Shown: positions 27,501 to 32,804 of the stretch, in pieces
Layout: every line of letters starts with the position of its first letter
Position numbering within the stretch: position 1 is the first letter of the stretch
Made by a program: the position numbers and the translations under genes
DNA from: Sphingomicrobium sp.
GTDB lineage: Bacteria > Pseudomonadota > Alphaproteobacteria > Sphingomonadales > Sphingomonadaceae
Reading direction: 5' to 3'
Assembly (NCBI GenBank): GCA_045811225.1
Contig: JBJMUK010000010.1
Span: 1 to 32,804, forward strand
DNA length: 32,804 nucleotides
Notes under the pieces: generated by a model
Told to the model about the DNA's origin: nothing
What the model saw: only the letters and a program-made list of their open reading frames with translations
The model's database searches: none

Positions 27501-28009
27501 CTTTTGATCGAAGCAGCCAAGGACCGCGCGTTGTCCTGCAGCTTTGGGACTTGCTCCTGCAAAACCCGCTTCATGATCTGCGCGTCTTCCCACGCGATGG
27601 CATGAACTCGAACAGTGGCATCCCCAGTCGGACGATGCGCGAATGTGAGTAACCAGTTTCGGTTGCGCCCCTGCCACAGCGAAAGAACGCCATGGGTTAG
27701 GTGCGCCCGCCAATCGAACCAGAGGGCGAGATGGTTCAATGTCGAGGTGATCGCCGCGCCTTTCGAGGCGAATGGACCTTTGGTACCGGTAAGGTCCCGA
27801 ACATGCTTGAATGCAGCTCCAACCGGCTGACCAGTCTTGACCTGCTTGCGGATTTTCGGATGGGCGTGAAGCTCTTGCAGCAGACCTTCGATGATCTGTT
27901 CCAACTCAGCAAAGAGCTGAATGCATTGTCCCCGCCACGTTTCGGCCGTGCCGCCCATCGACGCGAAGTCATTGGGGACATGAGCTGGCGCGTTGAAGGG
28001 GGCGTTCAT
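27497..28009 (-). CDS. Hypothetical protein with Rx4H motif (possible HEPN-like domain)
   Basis: 170-aa ORF directly downstream of tRNA-Pro; helical-looking N-terminal part and WRAHLTHG. Confidence 0.7.
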   Translation of the reverse strand: MNAPFNAPAHVPNDFASMGGTAETWRGQCIQLFAELEQIIEGLLQELHAHPKIRKQVKTGQPVGAAFKHVRDLTGTKGPFASKGAAITSTLNHLALWFDWRAHLTHGVLSLWQGRNRNWLLTFAHRPTGDATVRVHAIAWEDAQIMKRVLQEQVPKLQDNARSLAASIKS

Positions 28010-28054
28010 GCTCGCTGCATGACACCGCCAATCCTAACGTCGGCCTAAGAATAA

Positions 28055-28131
28055 TGGTCGGGGAGAGAGGATTCGAACCTCCGGCCCCTGCCTCCCGAAG
28101 ACAGTGCTCTACCAGGCTGAGCTACTCCCCG
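28055..28131 (-). tRNA. tRNA-Pro (CGG)
   Basis: Reverse complement CGGGGAGTAGCTCAGCCTGGTAGAGCACTGTCTT-CGG-GAGGCAGGGGCCGGAGGTTCGAATCCTCTCTCCCCGACCA; 77 nt with encoded CCA. Confidence 0.97.
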
Positions 28132-28209
28132 ACCGGGACCGGCCAAAGAGGCCGGTGCAGGAGCGCGGGCTTCCTAGCCACGTGGGCAGCGAAGCGCAAG
28201 CGGCGGTGG

Positions 28210-29514
28210 CTAGCGGCCGAGCGCTTCCAGCCACTGATCGACCCGCACCATCTTCTCGCGCGGCGCCCCTTCGCGGGCGGCGCGGGTCTCGGCCTCCTCG
28301 ATCCGGCGCCAATCGCTGAAATCCGTGGGCTGTATGCCGCGTGTGCCCAAGAGCGCCCGGAGCCCCTCGCTGCCCGCCTTGCCGCAGTCTCCATCGGCAG
28401 GAAACAATCCGGCGACTTGCTCCGCGACTTCGTAGCCGTCGGGCCGGTTGGTGCCGATCGTGCCGCTCGGCCCACGTCGCGCCCAGCCGACGCAGTAGAG
28501 GCCGTCGCCGATGCGGCCCCCGTCATTCGCGAAGCGCCCTGCCCGCTCATCGTACGGCACGCCAGCAATGGGCGGGGTCGCGTAACCGATGCAGCTGATG
28601 ATCAGCGAAGCGGGCACCTCGTAAGTCTCACCAGTCCCTTGGGCGGAATCGCTTTCGTCCAGTCTGGTCCGTTCGACAATCAGCCGCTCGGCGCGGGCAT
28701 CGCCCTCGATCGCGAGCGGCTTGGCGAAGAAGTCGAAGACGATCCGCTTGCGCTTGTTGCCGGGAAGGGTCGCGAAGTCGCGGAGGTGGGCCACGGATTT
28801 GCGCTGCCCCGGTTCGAGCTCCTCGTCTGCCTCGACGGACGGGAAATCGGAAGGGTCGACGACGGGGACCGCCGCTTCGAGGTGCCCGAGTTCGCCCAGT
28901 TCCTTCGGAGTCATGGCGATCTGGTGCGGCCCTCGACGCCCGAGGATGGTGATGAGAGTGATGTCGGACGCTTCCAGCGCAGCCAGCGCATGGTTCACGA
29001 TGTCCGATCCGGCGAACTCGCCACGTGTCTTGGACAGGATACGAGCGACGTCTAGTGCGACATTGCCATTGCCGATGATCGCAGCCCCTTCGCAATCAAA
29101 CGCGGGGTTGAGCTCGGCAAATTCGGGGTGGCCGTTGTACCAGCCGACGAACGCCGCCGATCCCACCACCCCCGGCAGGTCCTCACCGGGAATGCCGAGC
29201 TTCCGGTCATTGGGCGCGCCGGTCGCGAGGACTACGGCATCGTAGAGGGACAGCAGTTCGTCGATACTGATGTCACGGCCGACCGTAACGTTGCCGATGA
29301 AGCTCGCGCCGCCCGCCTCCGCAACCTTGTCGTAGCGTTTGGAGACAGCCTTGATGGACTGGTGGTCGGGGGCGACGCCGAAGCGGATCAGGCCATAGGG
29401 GACCGGATACCGCTCGATAATGTCAACACGGGCCGCCTCGCCATACGCTTTTTGCAACGCTTCGGCCGTGTAGAACCCCGCCGGTCCGGACCCGACAATC
29501 GCGAAGTGACGCAT
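28210..29514 (-). CDS. Ferredoxin/flavodoxin-NADP+ reductase, adrenodoxin reductase/FprA type
   Basis: GSGPAGFY, PYGLIRFGVAPDH, FVGWYNGHP, IGNGNVALDVARIL, GRRGP and GWARRGPSGTIGTN motifs. Confidence 0.92.
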   Translation of the reverse strand: MRHFAIVGSGPAGFYTAEALQKAYGEAARVDIIERYPVPYGLIRFGVAPDHQSIKAVSKRYDKVAEAGGASFIGNVTVGRDISIDELLSLYDAVVLATGAPNDRKLGIPGEDLPGVVGSAAFVGWYNGHPEFAELNPAFDCEGAAIIGNGNVALDVARILSKTRGEFAGSDIVNHALAALEASDITLITILGRRGPHQIAMTPKELGELGHLEAAVPVVDPSDFPSVEADEELEPGQRKSVAHLRDFATLPGNKRKRIVFDFFAKPLAIEGDARAERLIVERTRLDESDSAQGTGETYEVPASLIISCIGYATPPIAGVPYDERAGRFANDGGRIGDGLYCVGWARRGPSGTIGTNRPDGYEVAEQVAGLFPADGDCGKAGSEGLRALLGTRGIQPTDFSDWRRIEEAETRAAREGAPREKMVRVDQWLEALGR

Positions 29515-29569
29515 GCGGCTCTCCCTGTTGGTCTCGCGATGCTAGAACGAACCGCGCCAAAGGGAAGGG

Positions 29570-29890
29570 TCAGCGCTTGCTGTGATCCTCCAGAAGCACG
29601 TCAGCCCCCTTGTTGCGCAGCATCGCCTCGATGGGCTTGGCGAACATTGCGAGTAGGGGCGGCAACAGGATCTGGCAGCGAACGAGCGCGTCCTGCACGT
29701 CGATCTTCGCTTCAACCGACTGCCCCATTGCGGTGATGTTCAGCGTAAGCTCGTCGCCTGCCCAGCTGCTGTTGGCTTGAGCGCCGCCGGGGATATGGTC
29801 GGTCAGCTTGTGGACATTGCCAGCGATACGTCGCCGCGCTTCCTCTCGGCCAAGCTGATGTGGGAGATCGACCGAGATGGAATGGTTCAT
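29570..29890 (-). CDS. Polyhydroxyalkanoic acid system (PHA_gran_rgn) family protein
   Basis: MNHSISVDLPHQLGREEARRRI...W.GD.L.......GQ.V......LPPLLAMF pattern; 106 aa. Confidence 0.8.
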   Translation of the reverse strand: MNHSISVDLPHQLGREEARRRIAGNVHKLTDHIPGGAQANSSWAGDELTLNITAMGQSVEAKIDVQDALVRCQILLPPLLAMFAKPIEAMLRNKGADVLLEDHSKR

Positions 29891-29953
29891 ACCTGCGACA
29901 GTGGGTAGCCGTTCAGTGCTTTTCAAGCTGAAGTGGAGCATTATGCTGCGCAT

Positions 29954-30793
29954 ATGATCCACAGCCTTCCTGCCTTGCTTGTCTTTGCCGCTGTGGCGCC
30001 CGCCAGTGCGCAGGTCGCCGCGCCGCCCACGCCTGTTCCGCAGATGATGTCGCCGGCGCCGCAAGCTCCAGTGCTGACGATAGCTGTTGCGCAACAAGTC
30101 TGGAACCCGGCCGCCTCTTACGTGACCGTCGGACAAGACGAACCTGGGTACCGCAATTGGTACATGGCCTCTGCCCGCCACGCCGCGTTGGTCACCAGCT
30201 TCAACCAATATCTGACGACTTGGGGTGTCGGCGGCATTGTTCCGACGTGGCAGCTGTTGCGCACGGCCAGTCAGTGGCAACGTTGCGGGGGCCAGCCATT
30301 CGAGGTGCCGCCCACGAGCGAATGGCCACATGTTGTGCAGACCCTTCGCTACATCAGGGACTATGTCGTGCCCGTTGTAGGTCCGGTCGAACCCGTCTCC
30401 GCGTATCGCAATCCGGTCCTGAATGCCTGCGCGGGGGGTGCCCCCGACAGCGCCCACCAGCACTTTCAGGCCGTCGACATGGTGCCGTTACGCCCGACCA
30501 CCCGCGAGCAGTTGATGCAGTCGTTGTGCGCCATCCAGCTGCGCAGGGGCAGTCCGTACGAGGTCGGACTGGGCTTCTACGCCTTCCTTCGCTTCCACAT
30601 CGATTCGATGAAGTTCCGCAAGTGGGGCGCCGCAGCCTCCAATGAAGCTGCGTCCTGCGCCACGCCTTTGCCACGTCCCGCCATTCCACCAGCAGCGCCG
30701 CTCGCCCCAACGGTAGGGCAGCCGCTGGCAAGCGCCGCGCCGGCTGGGCTGGCTGCAGGATCTGTCACCGACAACCCAGCGACGGCCCATTAA
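29954..30793 (+). CDS. Secreted peptidase M15A (D-Ala-D-Ala carboxypeptidase-like Zn metallohydrolase)
   Basis: Signal peptide (..APASA/Q), SAYRNPVLNACAGGAPDSAHQHFQAVD and FHID zinc motifs, with Pro/Ala-rich flanks. Confidence 0.85.
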   Translation: MIHSLPALLVFAAVAPASAQVAAPPTPVPQMMSPAPQAPVLTIAVAQQVWNPAASYVTVGQDEPGYRNWYMASARHAALVTSFNQYLTTWGVGGIVPTWQLLRTASQWQRCGGQPFEVPPTSEWPHVVQTLRYIRDYVVPVVGPVEPVSAYRNPVLNACAGGAPDSAHQHFQAVDMVPLRPTTREQLMQSLCAIQLRRGSPYEVGLGFYAFLRFHIDSMKFRKWGAAASNEAASCATPLPRPAIPPAAPLAPTVGQPLASAAPAGLAAGSVTDNPATAH

Positions 30794-30803
30794 CGCGCGC
30801 CCT

Positions 30804-30832
30804 CTTGTGTTGCCCGATTGCCACAACGATAT
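30804..30832 (+). promoter_or_regulatory. Probable sigma32 (RpoH) promoter of clpB
   Basis: CTTG-N18-ACGATAT upstream of clpB; resembles the alphaproteobacterial RpoH consensus with an imperfect -10. Confidence 0.5.
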
Positions 30833-30857
30833 GGCGGGCAAGGCAAAGGGATAAATA

Positions 30858-32804
30858 ATGGACCTTGAGAAACTGACCGATCGCGCCCGCGGGTTCCTGC
30901 AAGCAGCGCAAACGATCGCCGTCCGCGAACATCATCAGCGTATCGCGCCAGCGCATCTCCTGAAAGCACTGTTGGACGATGAGCAGGGGATGGCCGCGGG
31001 CCTGATCGGTGCCGCGGGCGGTGACGCAAAGATCGCACAGCGCGAGATCGACGCATTGGTGGCGAAGATCCCGTCGGTGACGGGCAGCGGAGCAACGTCT
31101 GCCCCCGGCTTGGACGGCGACACGATGCGGATCCTCGATCAGGCCGAGCAGGTCGCGAAGAAGGCCAGCGACAGCTATGTAACGGTCGAGCGCATCCTCT
31201 TGGCTTTCGCGCTCGCCAAGAACAGCGATGTCGGAGCGGCGCTCGCGAAAGCCGGGGTGACGCCGCAGAACCTCAACACGGCAATCGACAAGCTGCGCGG
31301 CGGCCGGACTGCCGATACGCAGGGGTCCGAAGACCGCTATGACGCGCTGAAGAAATATGCCCGCGACCTCACTGCTGTCGCGCGCGAAGGCAAGCTCGAC
31401 CCCGTCATCGGCCGCGACGAGGAGATCCGCCGAACGATCCAGGTGCTTGCGCGCCGGACCAAGAACAATCCGGTCCTGATTGGTGAGCCGGGCGTCGGCA
31501 AAACCGCGATTGCCGAAGGGCTTGCGCTGCGGATTGCCAATGGCGACGTGCCGGACGGCATCAAGGATCGGCGACTGCTTTCCCTCGACATGGGCGCACT
31601 GATTGCGGGGGCGAAATATCGCGGCGAGTTCGAGGAACGGCTGAAAGGCGTCCTCGATGAGGTGAAGCAGGCGGCAGGCGAAATCATCCTGTTCATTGAC
31701 GAGATGCATACCCTTGTCGGCGCCGGGAAAAGCGAAGGCGCACTGGACGCGTCGAACCTGCTGAAGCCTGCACTTGCCCGCGGTGAACTGCATTGCATCG
31801 GGGCGACCACGCTCGAGGAATACCGCAAGCACGTCGAGAAGGACGCCGCGCTGGAGCGACGCTTCCAGCCCGTGTTCGTCGGTGAGCCGACGGTGCCCGA
31901 CACCATCTCCATTCTGCGCGGGCTGAAGGAGAAGTACGAACTCCACCATGGAGTCCGGATCACCGACGCCGCCATCGTTGCCGCCGCAACGCTGAGCAAC
32001 CGCTACATTTCCGACCGCTTCCTCCCCGACAAGGCCATCGACCTGATGGACGAGGCGGCGAGCCGAATCCGCATGGAGGTCGAGTCCAAGCCGGAAGAGA
32101 TCGAGAACCTCGACCGCCGGATCATCCAGCTCAAGATCGAACGGGAAGCGCTGAAGAAAGAGAATGATCAGGCGTCGAAGGACCGGCTGGCAAAGCTGGA
32201 GACGGAGCTTGCCAATCTGGAACAGCAGTCAGCCGAGTTGACGCAGCGGTGGCAGGCCGAGAAGGACAAGATCGCCGGAGAGGCCAGGATCAAGGAGCAG
32301 CTGGATGCGACTCGCATCGAGCTGGAACAGGCGCAGCGCAGTGGCGATCTGGCGAAGGCCGGTGAGCTCCAATACGGGCGCATCCCCGAGCTGGAACGTC
32401 AGCTGACCGAAGCGCAGGCCGTGACCAAGGGCGCCATGCTGCGCGAAGAAGTCACCGACCAAGACATCGCGGCGGTTGTTGCCCGCTGGACCGGAATCCC
32501 GATGGAACGGATGATGGAGGGCGAGCGCGAGAAGCTGCTGCAAATGGAGCAGGCGATTGGTGCGCGCGTCATCGGCCAGGCGGATGCCGTGAAAGCGGTG
32601 TCCTCGGCCGTCCGGCGGGCACGCGCCGGACTGCAGGACCCCAACCGTCCCCTCGGCTCCTTCCTGTTCTTAGGACCGACGGGCGTTGGCAAAACGGAGC
32701 TGACCAAGGCCCTTGCCGAGTTCCTGTTCGACGACGCCACGGCCATGGTTCGGATCGACATGTCCGAGTTCATGGAGAAGCATGCAGTCGCTCGGCTGAT
32801 CGGC
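30858..32804 (+). CDS. clpB: ATP-dependent chaperone ClpB (3'-truncated by window; absent from ORF track because no stop)
   Basis: [18 protein letters not shown]; [37 protein letters not shown]; [13 protein letters not shown]; coiled-coil M domain; second Walker [13 protein letters not shown]; ends in [11 protein letters not shown]. Confidence 0.97.
   Translation, partial: MDLEKLTDRARGFLQAAQTIAVREHHQRIAPAHLLKALLDDEQGMAAGLIGAAGGDAKIAQREIDALVAKIPSVTGSGATSAPGLDGDTMRILDQAEQVAKKASDSYVTVERILLAFALAKNSDVGAALAKAGVTPQNLNTAIDKLRGGRTADTQGSEDRYDALKKYARDLTAVAREGKLDPVIGRDEEIRRTIQVLARRTKNNPVLIGEPGVGKTAIAEGLALRIANGDVPDGIKDRRLLSLDMGALIAGAKYRGEFEERLKGVLDEVKQAAGEIILFIDEMHTLVGAGKSEGALDASNLLKPALARGELHCIGATTLEEYRKHVEKDAALERRFQPVFVGEPTVPDTISILRGLKEKYELHHGVRITDAAIVAAATLSNRYISDRFLPDKAIDLMDEAASRIRMEVESKPEEIENLDRRIIQLKIEREALKKENDQASKDRLAKLETELANLEQQSAELTQRWQAEKDKIAGEARIKEQLDATRIELEQAQRSGDLAKAGELQYGRIPELERQLTEAQAVTKGAMLREEVTDQDIAAVVARWTGIPMERMMEGEREKLLQMEQAIGARVIGQADAVKAVSSAVRRARAGLQDPNRPLGSFLFLGPTGVGKTELTKALAEFLFDDATAMVRIDMSEFMEKHAVARLIG

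Noticed and set aside
28054-29055. 333-aa plus-strand ORF starting MVGERGFEPP
   Set aside because: It is the antisense reading of tRNA-Pro plus the ferredoxin reductase gene.
29891-30463. Long N-terminal extension of the 297-aa minus ORF
   Set aside because: It overlaps the M15A peptidase; the recognisable PHA-system domain starts at 29890.
30765-31949. 394-aa minus-strand ORF and adjacent antisense ORFs
   Set aside because: Antisense shadow of clpB, which is the clearly conserved frame on the plus strand.

Overview
GC-rich alphaproteobacterial chromosomal segment; gene content and style suggest Sphingomonadaceae (inference). The left ~10 kb is a fermentation-type cluster: an Fe-S L-serine dehydratase with an apparent twin-arginine lipoprotein signal, an MFS transporter, pflB and pflA on the minus strand, then an orphan ORF and divergent phosphotransacylase plus acetate kinase. 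The rest is mostly housekeeping or catabolic: panE-like reductase, fahA-hmgA and a distant maiA, KTSC protein, EamA transporter, threonine aldolase, two 2OG-Fe(II) oxygenases, tRNA-Thr(GGT), aminopeptidase P, oligopeptidase B, thioesterase, class II aldolase, tRNA-Pro(CGG), ferredoxin-NADP reductase, PHA-system protein, M15A peptidase and the 5' part of clpB. Two candidate novel systems stand out. (1) A possibly periplasmic serine dehydratase coupled to MFS-PFL-Pta-AckA. (2) A tandem pair of lipoproteins with a chaplin-like QVPx6VCG-x16/17-C core, co-oriented with a GT87 glycosyltransferase behind an EcfG-type promoter. No integrase, transposase or CRISPR array was seen. All calls come from reading motifs by eye; no searches were run.
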